Notes under the pieces: model-generated
Database searches by the model: none
What the model saw: only the letters and a program-made list of their open reading frames with translations
Told to the model about the DNA's origin: nothing
Program-made: the position numbers and the translations under genes
Shown: positions 10,648-22,117 of the stretch, piece by piece
Position numbering within the stretch: the stretch's first letter is position 1
How the letters are laid out: each line of letters begins with the position of its first letter
Source: Vitrella brassicaformis CCMP3155
Lineage: Eukaryota > Protista > Chromerida
DNA: 64,000 nt
Reading direction: 5' to 3'
Assembly (NCBI GenBank): GCA_001179505.1
Contig: CDMY01000316.1
Span: 1-64,000, forward strand

Positions 10648-11461
10648 ATAGGTTGGTGTTGAAGTGACTCCGCCGTACCCGCCGCCCGCCATGCCGGGAG
10701 CCAAGGAGTCGCCAAAGCCGCTCATCATTCCTGACGGAGGGGGAGGGGCAGGGGGCGGACGCAACAACACCGCCAAACACGACACCAGCATCAACGGCAG
10801 CAGCAACGCCAAACAGACGCACAAACGGGGAGACGACAGCAAGGTGAGACCCGCCTTCACACAGAGGGAGAGGGAGAGGGAGGGAGACAGGGAGGCACAG
10901 CTGCACTGTTGCTTTCTCTCTCTCTGTGTGTGTGTGTTGACAGATTCCCCCTCCCCCGTCATCTGTGTCGCCGGCCAGCTCAGGCTCGTCAACTGGCGAG
11001 GGCATGGCGATTGGTGACCGTCGCGGTTTGGGTGTGTTCCAGCACGAGTCCGTGCAGCAGCTGGGGGTGTGGCTGGTGGACATGCCAGTGGAGAATCGCA
11101 AGCAGGCCCTGGGCGACGTCATCTTCCCCAAGGTCTACCATCTGCTCGGCGGGAAGGACACCGTCCTCTACCTAGCACAAAAGGTCGGTGAGCACCCCTC
11201 CTCCCTCCCTCCCTCCCTCCCTTGTCTCAGCTCACATGTGCGCGTGTTGACGTCATTCATTAGGTGACGGGGATGCTGCTTGACCTCGATCTGAGTTCGC
11301 TGCTGCGTCTGCTGGATGACCCGGCCGACCTGGACCAGAATGTGAAGCTCGCCTTCCACGAGCTCCGCACCGCCAACGCTACGAACGTGCTCCACGACGA
11401 GCGCGCCCGACGGGAGCTCAACTCGCAGGCCGCGCAGCTGGTGCCCTTCTTCGCCCGCTGA
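10118..11461 (+). CDS. MLLE (PABC) domain protein with a low-complexity His/Pro/Gly N-terminus and no RRMs
   Basis: KQALGDVIFPKV...LAQKVTGMLLDLDLSSLLRLLDDPADLDQNVKLA matches the MLLE pattern KQxLGExLFP...AGKITGMLLE. Four phase-compatible exons. Confidence 0.85.
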
Positions 11462-13680
11462 TCTATCGGATCAAGATGGACGGCCGGCCGGTGTGTGTAG
11501 TGGGGTAGAGGAGGCAGGCAGGTGTGTCGGTGTATCTGGTGGTTGGTGGTGAGGGCAGGGTGGCAGAGCAGACGGCCGGCTGTCTCTCCCTCCCTCCCCC
11601 CCCTCCCTCCCTCCCTCCGTCCCTCAGTCTCTCTTTGTCCGTTGGTGCGTCCATGTGTGTGTGTGTGTGAGTCTCGTGCGTGTGTCCCATATGTGTGTGT
11701 GTGTGTGTTGGATCGTATATCGTACGCTACGGCCGGCCGCCCTGTGTGTATGTAGCTACCCATATATATCTCTCCTTATCGTAACGACACCCCGGTGTGT
11801 ATTTCTTTTGTCGTGGTTCTTGTGGTTGTGGATCGATCAGTGGAGGGGAGCGGAGAGGGGAGGGGGCCGGGGCAGAGGAGGGAGCGGGAGAGGAGATAAG
11901 AGGGGCCCTCGTCTGTCTGTCTGGCTGCCTAACCGTCTGGTTGTGTGTGTGGATGTCTGGCTAATATAGATACCTACCTGCATCGTGGTGTGGTGTGGTG
12001 TGGTTGTGTGTGGTTGGTTGCAGAGTTTTGCGTTTTTTGGTTCTCAATTAATCCATGTGCTGTCTGTACGGCTGACTGGCTGTGTGTCCGTTTGTATGTT
12101 CCAAGTGTATCCCCTCTCTTTATACGCACCATCTATGGGCTGGCTGTGCGGCTGTGTGGCTGTCTGCGCACCGACCGACCGACGACCGTTCTGTTTGTTT
12201 ATGGTCCGTTTGTCTGTCTGTCTGTCTGTCCTTTCTCACCCCACACACACCAAAAGATACACACACGTGTATACCGCCACACAGGCAAGGCAGGGCAGCG
12301 AGGCACGTTTTCACCACACACACACCACACTCTGACCACAAGACACGCACACAGCCTTTTTGTGTTGGATAACACCCACATCTCTCTCTCTCTCTCTCTG
12401 CAACCGCACCCACAATGCACCCACGATAGCACCCTTGTATGACTGCGTAACGAGGGGAGGACAGAAGACGGAACACACGTATATCTGTCTGTATGGCTGG
12501 ACGTATCCCTCAACGAGCGATCAAGGAAAGGCCTTTGGCTGCCGTCCTGCAGGTCTCGGCCTGATGCGATCGATACGAATGCATATTTGTGTTTGTATCA
12601 TATAGCTAGACGTCCGCACACAGGCAGACAGGCAGACAGGCAGGCAGGCAGAGAGAGATGGAGAGGCGACTGGCTAGCGAACCGGCAGGAAGGCAAGGCA
12701 GCCGACCGGTAACCGACAACCGGTGTGTGAGACATGAGTGACTGCGTAGGGAGGGAGGGAGGGGAGGACGACAGACAGACAGACAAAAGGAAGGAGCGAT
12801 CCCTTTTGGAGACAGACATCGCTGGCTGGTGTTGTGCCTACCGGGGGCCTGTAAGTGGTGCACGCGCCCCTTTCCGTGCTGACACAGCTGCAGTCACCCA
12901 GCGATCAGAGTGTCACGACATACTCTGGCTGCAAGGTGGCGGCACGGCTTCGTCAGCAGGGAGGGACACGGCCACACACACACAAGCAGCAGCAAACAGC
13001 AGACAAGACAAGACAAGACGAGACGAGACAAGAGCGTGTGTCCGAGGGGCTCTTCTGCCTGCAAACGGTCTGCTGTCCTTTCGTTCGTGGTGAAGCGAGG
13101 GAAGGATTGCATACCGGCTGCCGCGTGGGAGACCTTAAGACGCGGGCATACGATGGATGGATGGACGGCTGGACGGATGGGTGAGCGAGACAGGCAGAGA
13201 GGGAAAGGCGAGCGCTGTGCGGATGGACGCTTATACATAGCACATGCGTACATACATACATAACGATGAGTGGCGTGTGGGTCGGTGGGCGGGTGTGTTG
13301 GTGGTGCGCTGCCCTGCGTGTGAAGGTCGCTTCGGTGCACGCCACGGGTGCGTGAGCCAATGGATGTATGGATGGATGGATGGATGGCTGACCGTGTCCA
13401 TGTGGATGTGTGTGTGCCTGCCGTGTGCGTGTCCTTCCTTGCTCCTTTGCCGTGGTATGCTGTCTCTCTGTGCGTGTACGTGACTGCTGCCTGACGTGAG
13501 AGACCCTCTCCTCTCCTCTCCTCTATTTGTACATTCATTCACTCAATCGTTCACTCAGTGACATTACTCTCTCGCGCGTAGGCAGGTCAGCATGGACCAA
13601 ACCCAACATACTCACCGCCACCCACACGGCACAGACACATGCAGCTACCACTACTGCTGCTACATCATAGCTTCATTTGT

Positions 13681-16504
13681 TCATCTGAGGTCAGTGTGTC
13701 TGCGCGGCGACGACTCGCGCGAGTCGCTGGCAAACTGCGTCTTGATGTGACGCAACACCTGGGCAGTGCACGAAGGACAGACAAAACGCACACAAACAGA
13801 TCAGCTCACTGCACCACACCACACCACACCACATCACACACACAGGCTGACCAGTGGCTGCACAAAGGCCATGGAGATCTGCTTCAGCTGGAGAGACACA
13901 GGAAAGCAGACCAGACAGACAGAGGGATGCACACAGGCGAGTTGATGTGCTCACGGCAGGTTGGGGGGGCTCGGCTGGTCTGCGCGGGGGCGCCACGCGG
14001 AAAAGGTCGGTACCCGAGAGCAGCACGTTGCAGGCCGCACGCCACTCACGCAGCTCCCGCATTATCCTGACACACGCCACAGACATTCTTGTTGGTGCCA
14101 ACGTGTTGCCTGTGTGTGTCTCTCGTCTGCCGTACTGATTGAGTGCCGTCTTGAAGCGCTGGTGGGCGTCCCGCCACCTGCACAGAGAGAGAGAGTGTGT
14201 GTGTGCGCGCCCACAACACCAACACACATGCCAGAGATCGATGAATTGCCGCCGACCGACCTTGCAGTATTCTTGCGGATGAGTGCTATCAGGTAGACGC
14301 GGCGCAGATTCGGCGGGACGCGGAAACGATCAAGAAACTGCCACACATACGGACAGCTATGAACAAGGTGGTTCGTATGTCACTTGTCTTACAGCGAAGA
14401 ACGGCGTCCGTCCCTCGGCGAGATATGCCTCCATCTCCCGCTGCATCTTAGACGGAGGCACCTACACACACCCATCATCACACCCATCGCACCCATACAC
14501 GGCGCACGTGTCAAGCCATTCACACAACATGACATGCATTGGTCCTTACGTGCAGGCTCTTGGCCAGCACCTGTGTCTCCAGCTCCCAGAACCTCTGCAG
14601 CAGGTGCTGCTTCACCTCCCGCCTGTAGACCAGGAAGCTCTTGCACGCGTGGCGGATCCGCTGCACGCACCGGAAGCCGTGCAGAAAGCGCTGACGCAGC
14701 TGTGATCAAACCACCCATCACACCAACCCACCAGCCATCTCGCACCGACGGGTCATTGTTCGAGCGGACGGATTGGCTCACCGGTTCGAGTGGGTCAGCC
14801 CGTCGCAGCGACGCCAGCAGCATGTCAGCCCTGCTGTGCCGCATCCGCAGAAGCAGCTTGGCACCGGAAAACACAGTCCTGCAGACACACACAAGGGTCA
14901 AGCAAGGCATGACTGCGGCATCCAGAATCACACGTCAACACTCACCAGTAGACGGCAGCGGCCCTGGCAGCAGCAGCACGGGCAGCAGCAGCGGCGGCCG
15001 CAAGGTATTCTTTCTCTTCTTCTTCATCTTCTGTGGCACGCTCTTCCTCGTCTTCTCCCACGTCCATCTCCATCTCCACCATCGCTGTCTCGGCTTCCTG
15101 CGGCCGCTCTCCCAAGCCCTCTCTCGTCGGCTGGATGGAAGCGAGGAACGCGGCCACAGCAACACTTGCCAGCCAGTGACGGGCAATCGAGTTGCGAAGC
15201 CGCAGCGTCCTGGAAAGAAACACACCATGTGAAAAACAGAGGGTGTCTGTGTGCGTGCGGATGTGCATACTGTCTCAGCTGCTGCTTGGTCACGAATCGT
15301 GCCCGTTGGTCCATGTCGGCCTGCTCGCGCATCGCCCGTGCCGTCAGGCTCCTCCGCCGCCACTCCTGTCCGTGCGCGGCTGTGGCCGCTCGACGCTGCT
15401 CCAGCTGACTCCTATTGATGGTCATGGGACAGCGGTTGACGGCCACCCAATCCGTGGCGTCTGAGGGCCGCAGGTGGGCCCCTCTGCTGTGGCTCGCGCG
15501 CGACTCGGCTGCGCTGACAGAGAGAGGGGATGGTGCAAAGGGGGGGAGGTGGGGCCGAGGAGGTGGTGTTGTTGTGTCGCGGATGAAGTGGCGCTCTCTT
15601 TGGAGGGTGTCGCGTTTGTGTCGCGTGACGATGGATATGGGTGAGGTGTCGAGGGCGCCTTCCTTGATGAGGGTCCCCAGGGGACTCGACTGGGGACGGC
15701 GCTCGAAGTACTCTGCATGTATACACGCACATCAGAGAGGGTGTGAGTGTGTGTGCAGGTATTGTCTCACCCACTTTGACGCGTAGCCGCTGGGCAGGCG
15801 TCATGCCCCTCATGTCTGCAAACACCCAGCCATCCATCCATCCATCCATCCACCACACACGATGAAACGGACAAATGCGCGCTATGGTCTCTCCGGTGTC
15901 CTCTCTGATATGTGTCGTACGCACATCTCCTGCTCGCATCGTGGATGGACGCCATCGGCTGGAACGCCGTGGGTGAGCTGTTTACCGACCCCCTCTCACT
16001 CACACTGCCATACCTCCCTCCAGGCGGCAGCTGCGCGTCCAAGAACTCATCCAAATCAAAGTAGCTCGGCACCCTCTCCAGCAGCCGATGCCGCTGCTCC
16101 ATCTCAAAGGCCATCGCCCGCTGCATCTGCCGCCTTCTCTTGGCCCTGGCGGCGCTCCGGGCTGTCTGCGGCTTCACTGGCAAAGGCAGCTTCAAGGTCC
16201 CTGCCTGTGATGGTCTTCTCACAATCTGCTGTCCCAGAACCTGTGCTGTCATGGTCATGCTGGGGCTGCGGGATGTGAGGGACGGCCGGGGTGAGGAGAA
16301 CGAAAAGGAGTCGGGGGGGATGGTGGTGAGCTCCTCTTGCAGAAGACGGGCGTGTAGGACGCTGGAGCGGCTCCTGTCCCTGCCCGTCATGGCGTTGAAG
16401 ACGGGGCTGATGTGCTCCTCCACCAGCTCATTGTAGCGGTTGTACCGCTGAGTCACCGACGACAGGTGAAGACGCGCGGACGATGGGGGGCGCGTTTCCG
16501 CCAT
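13681..16504 (-). CDS. Multi-exon hypothetical helical protein with an IQ-like motif
   Basis: Start MAETRPPSSARLHLSSV. Exons include VQRIRHACKSFLVYRRRVKQ (IQ-like) and an acidic/Ala-rich segment. Last exon VLRHIKTQF...TDLR-TGA. Function uncertain. Confidence 0.7.
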
Positions 16505-16706
16505 CGGGAGGGAAGTGAGAAACCAAAACCGTCGAAAGGTCGCGAATCTGTTTACAGCGAACGACTTTTGTACGCGTGAAGGGAAGGCGCTCAGCACAGC
16601 TCCGCCGGCGTCTGCAGGTGCTTTTCTAAAGGGAAGAGGTGAGCTGTGCGTGTGCGCGTGAGCGTGTGTGGGTGGTTAATGCGTTTGCGTCGACAGTCCA
16701 TCGTCG

Positions 16707-19700
16707 ATGGGATATGAGCGAGTCCCACTGGAGGTCCATCGACGGGCGACGAGCGGACCCACCAGACCGGCCGCAAACGGGCTCGTGTTTGTCTCGCTAC
16801 TCGCCATATGCACACTCATCGGTCAGACACACAGACACACAGACAGACAGACACCGAGGTTGGCTCACGGATGCGCGTGTATGTTGGTATGGTAATAGGT
16901 GTGGATATCGGTCTCCATGCGGGCTCCCTCCTCGGGCGGCGGAGTTTCAGCAGCGTGGACGACTTTCTGCAGCTCGCCAGGCAGCCTTTGCTGGAGTGGG
17001 AGCAGATGCACAAGGCATCCGTCGCCGAACTGGCCGATCCAGAGACCGATCAGACCGTTTCAGGCGATGTCGATGAGAGCAAGACGGCGGTACTGTCCGC
17101 AGCAGCAGCAGCAGCAGCCGTGCCCCATGCGTCTCCCTGCAACATGAGCATGACAACAGCGGGGGCGAATATGAGCATGAGTATGGGCATGGCGCAGAGT
17201 GTCCATCCGCTGGACCACTGGGTGACGCAAGAGTGTCCAAAGGTGCGGTGGATGCGGGAGTTCCAGAGGGAGCGCCCTAGCAGCAGGTCGAAGGAGATAA
17301 CCAATGTCGTCTCGCTCGACATGAGGAGCTTCCCAATGGCTATGCTCAATGTATGTCTGTATGCATTTCCATCAATCAGTCAGCCCACAGCAAGTCGCCA
17401 ATGTTTTGTGTTGTGTGGTATGGTGTGCAGAACTCTTTGACGGCCGTTGTGTACCTGGGCGAGAAGCGGCGGGACACATGGGCTGAGACGATGATCCCCA
17501 AGATGCAGGCGTGTCCGCTGGTCAAGGAGGTGCTCATCGACTGGTGGCCTGAGAGCGACCTGTCGCTCTCCAAGCTGCCCGTCAAATCACTAAAGAAAGT
17601 CCGGTCAGTGAGGACCAAAGGACGCGTGCGTGTGTGATGTGGACTTGTGTGTGTGTGTATGTGTGTGCAGGGTGGCTGATGGGAAGCGGGGCCTCGGTGA
17701 GCGCTGGCTGATCGGCGAACAGATCACCACACCATTCACCGCGACGTTCGATGTGAGTGAAGGAGACGATACACGGTCACAGAGAGGATGAAATGAAATG
17801 AGATGTGTTGCGTCTCACATGTCTTTCTGTGTGGCTGGCATGGCATGCAAAGGATGACCGCGGCTTCAGCTGCCGTAAGCAGCCAATACACATACATACC
17901 CAGACGAGCAGACACAAACCTGTCGATCACTTTGTGTCTGCTCTGCTCGTCACGGAGGGCAGACCTGCTGCATCGGCTGATGATAATGGCCATGCGGTTC
18001 CCCAACAAAATCGCCACACTCAGCGAATTCGGTACACACGCATCCACGCACACACGAAATCCACTTTTCGTGTCCACCGTCCCTTCTGCCTCTCTGTCTG
18101 CAGGCCGCCGGATAATGCATTGCCCATCCCTCAATGAGAATCAGCTACAGTCAGCAACACGACAACACACGACACACACACACACACACCCCTGCACACA
18201 GGCGTGTGTGTGTCTCACACACAGGTACAAGTTGTCCAAGTCCAAGGGCGCCATCACACTGCCCGTGGCGGCGGTCGTGGGCACCTCCTCTCTCGTCGCC
18301 TACGCCAAGCTCATGCCCCGGCCGATCATCGACATGATGAACAAAGAGCTCAACTGCGAGGACATGGCTCTCAACTGGGTGGTGGCACAGATGGCCCCCG
18401 ACGGGCAAACAGGCAAGACAAGAAACAAGCAGCAATAGCCGTATCATGAGGGGAGGTGGGGCATGTCCGTGGGCTGCAGGGGTTGTGCTGGAGGAGAAGC
18501 ATCTGGGCGCTACGGGCGACTACATCGACATGGACGACCTCAAGGGGCTGAGCGCCACCGTCAACGGCCAGGTCAGACGCAACGCATGCCTCAACATGCT
18601 CGCACAACTGCTCCCACAATGGTAAGGAAACACACACACACACACACACACAACGCCCCCTCCACACACAGGACCATTCGTGTGTGTGTGCAGGAGGGTT
18701 CCCAAGCCCCCGAAATTCTCTGTCCATGTACGGGACCCGCTGTCCGGCAAGGCGGCGAATCACACTATGGCACGGATTGTCGTGGTGACCGCTGCGTATA
18801 GCGAGAACAGACCCGACTTTTTGGACACCGTCTTCGAGAACCAAGACATGTATGTGTCCACACAGCAGTCGACAAAGGCCTGTGTGTTGATGTGTGCGTG
18901 TGTGTGTGTGTGTAGGTATTGCGCTTTGCACGGGTATCGGAGTGTCACCATCTATGGCAAGGACGTCCAGACAGCGTGAGCAGCCAGAGATCCATAGACC
19001 CCGCGGGTCTCTGCCCACATCACGCGTGTTGTATGTGTTGTGTGTGTCTCCCTGTCTCTCTCAGAGACAGAGGTCGGTCAAGGCATCCGTCAGCCCATCC
19101 ATCCATTCATCCATCCATCCATCCATCATGCCTGCGAACGGCCCGTTTTCAATCCCTCTCTCTCCCTGCGTCTGTGTCTCTGTCCAGGTGCGTACCGTGC
19201 CAAGCTCGAGACGATCCTGAGTCTGATGGTGGAGACCAAGCACAAGTACGTTGTCTGGAAGGACAGCGACACCCTCTTCATGGACTGCTCCAAGAGGCTG
19301 GACCTCCTCGTGCGGGAGTACCCCACGAAGGACATCATTTTCACATCGGACGTCTCGCCCTGGTTCGTCAACACCGGCGTCATGATCTTCAAAAGGACCG
19401 CTTTCGCCAAGAGATTCCTCAAGACCGTGCTCAAGGTGAGGATGTCACACGCGATGCATACGTTTTGGTGCATTGCTTGGGTTGGTTGTGCTGAACAAAC
19501 ATGCAGCTGATGAGCGACATGCCGGCACCAGCTGGATCACTCCCGGTGAGTGGATTCGTCAGCCCATTAGAGGACAGTAGAGCAGATGTTGCTGGTGTGC
19601 ATAACACGTGTGTGTGTGGTGTGTGTGTGTGGGGGGTGNNNNNNNNNNNNNNNNNNNNNNNNNNNNNNNNNNNNNNNNNNNNNNNNNNNNNNNNNNNNNN

Positions 19701-20776
19701 NNNNNNNNNNNNNNNNNNNNNNNNNNNNNNNNNNNNNNNNNNNNNNNNNNNNNNNNNNNNNNNNNNNNNNNNNNNNNNNNNNNNNNNNNNNNNNNNNNNN
19801 NNNNNNNNNNNNNNNNNNNNNNNNNNNNNNNNNNNNNNNNNNNNNNNNNNNNNNNNNNNNNNNNNNNNNNNNNNNNNNNNNNNNNNNNNNNNNNNNNNNN
19901 NNNNNNNNNNNNNNNNNNNNNNNNNNNNNNNNNNNNNNGTGCCCAGGGGGAGCAGGTGTACATCAACTTCGCGCTTCTTGACGCTGCGAGGCGGAAAGCG
20001 TGCCAGCAGGACATCAGGCCGTGCATGAAGGCGTGCAAAGGTGGGTGGGTGGGAGGGTGGGTGGCATACAGGCAGACAGACAAGTGTGTATCTTCTGTGT
20101 GCATGTGTCGGTGTGCGTGCAGGTCTCGAGTGTCTCAAGCACATGGACCCATACCTCTCCAGACACATTGCCGTGCTGCCCAACCACGCCCTCCAGTCAC
20201 TACGATCACAAAGAGTACAGGCGCAATCAACGCACAAGCCCACGCACAAGTGCCCCTTCCTCCTTTCCTTGTGTGTGTGTCTTGATGATGCGTCTCTGCA
20301 GCTGATCCCTCCCCCCCGCCTCGTGCCCATGCGTGTCGAACCTCACGTCCACATCACAACCCCAACCCGTCAAGCAGACCCCCTCTCTCACCACGGACGA
20401 CGGCGCACGACCAGAAAACACAGCTCTGCCAGCCCTCCCCACCACCCGAGAGAGCGGCAGCGAGATCGCCATCCTGCCTGACGGGCAGCTGGTGACCAGA
20501 AAAGCCGTGCCACAGAATGCCACGCTCGTCAAGCATGCCTCCGGCGTCGGAAACCAGCCGCCAAGACGGAGAAGGAGACGAAGGCGCATGTACCAGCAGC
20601 AGGAAGAGGTAGAGTATGTGGCTGAGGATGGCGAGGAGGTGTTCATCATGCACGTGGCGGGAGCGGCGCCCAAGGAGAGCCCCGAGATGCGGGGGCAGAT
20701 CATTCGCGAGCACGCAATGTTCAGCAGCTGCCCGGCCATCAAGCTCTGCAGCGACGTATGCATCACGGCTGCTTAG
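16707..20776 (+). CDS. Type II membrane glycosyltransferase with tandem GT64 (EXTL2/EXT C-terminal-like) and GT34 (GMA12/MNN10/XXT-like) domains
   Basis: N-terminal TM NGLVFVSLLAICTLIGVDIG. GT64 motifs NCEDMALNWVV and GLS..RRNACLN. GT34 motifs IVVVTA..ENQDMYCALHGY, RAKL, VWKDSD, VNTGVMIF and FIMHVAG. One assembly gap inside. Confidence 0.85.
19639..19938. other. Assembly gap (300 N)
   Basis: Run of N inside the glycosyltransferase gene. Confidence 1.
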
Positions 20777-21460
20777 CTTAGCGTGCCTTGGCGGCTTGAC
20801 ACGTACAGGGGTGGACCTAATGGGTGGTTGGTGTGTAATTGATTCAAGAGCTCTGTCTGTCTGTATGCGTGTGAGTGTGTGTGAGTATGCATGTCAATGC
20901 CCTTCGTGCAGTCGTTCACGTGTGAAATGGGGTATATACTGCATACATTTTGTTCTCCCTCCTGCTTTTCCACTGCCTGTGTGTGTATGTCTGTCACGGT
21001 CTGAGTGTGTCGATATGGGTTCGTCTGTGTGAGTAGGGGTAGGGGTGCATGTGTGTCTCTTCCTCTGTGTGCGTGTGTAGCTGTGTTTGCGCTGCCTGCC
21101 GCCTTGACCGCTAAAATGCGGTCGGCAAGGCCCAGCATGCAGGGTGTTTTGTACGAGCCAGCGTGATTTCAGCTCCATTCATTCCACCCACCCATCATGA
21201 TGCATGCGTGTGCGCATATACATACATATGTACATATGTACATACATATGTACATGTGTACACACACGTAGGCAAATACGTACATACGATTTTGCTGTAC
21301 ACACACGAGCTGCCCTCCCTCTCCATTGCAGCCTGCCCATGCCTGCCTGTCTGTCTGTCTGTCTGTGTGCATGTGCACGGGACTCTCGTGAGAGAGATGA
21401 TTTGTATCCCTTCGTGCAAGTGTTGTCTCTGTCTGTGTCTGCGCGTACGTGTATATGGCC

Positions 21461-21510
21461 AAGTGTCTGTAAGTGTCTGTAAGTGTCTGTAAGTGTCCGT
21501 AAGTGTGTGT
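21461..21510 (+). repeat. 10-bp tandem repeat (AAGTGTCTGT)n
   Basis: About five degenerate units, creating four GTAAGT hexamers. Confidence 0.9.
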
Positions 21511-22117
21511 GTGTGTGTGGAGATATCTCTCGTCAACAACTCCGCTCGCTCGTTTGCTCGTCCACAGGTGCATGATGAGTGCGAGCACGTACACACTGCG
21601 ACAGGTCCAGAGAGATAGAGAGCGATAGATAGAGACAGACGTACATATCTAGGTACCGACTCGGAGGCCATTCATGTATTCACACGTACGTGACGTGACG
21701 TGACGTGGTGTGGTGTGATGTGGAGAGGATATATTTGTCGTGATGCGTCTTACACCCGAGGTCGATTTTCGATCATGTGACTTTCTGTCAAGATATCGCA
21801 TTTATGCAGGCCTTCTCGTATCTTGTATTGCATCATGTATAGTGACCTACGTGTACAGACGTCTCTCTAGATTGCTGATTCGAGAGCACACAATTCCCCA
21901 TCGCGGGCCGTATCGGAAAGCGCCAGGGCCCGGCTTTGCGCCGCCAGGCGAAAGCTGTCCTTCCCCTTCCCCCATCATCGGTTCTGGTCAGGGGAGTGAC
22001 CTCATGGTTGCGGCGCGGCGGAGGACCTCGCCATCTGTAAATAATAATATACACAGTGAGACGCCCACCGCATGCATTTCCGTTTGCCCCCTGGCGCCGA
22101 AGGCTGCTAATACCACA

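Noticed and set aside
11460-13680. Many 60-200 aa ORFs in the intergenic region and similar UTR stretches
   Set aside because: Translations are dominated by microsatellite-derived runs (CVCV, THTH, DRQT, MDGW) with no consistent exon chain.
21461-21510. Tandem GTAAGT donors as an alternative-splicing device
   Set aside because: No upstream exon can be supported. A simple 10-bp slippage repeat is sufficient.
21740-22117. In-frame N-terminal extension of the protease (GTG start, or ATG at 22004)
   Set aside because: Lower GC and no coding-like bias. The ATG at 22118 directly precedes a good signal peptide.
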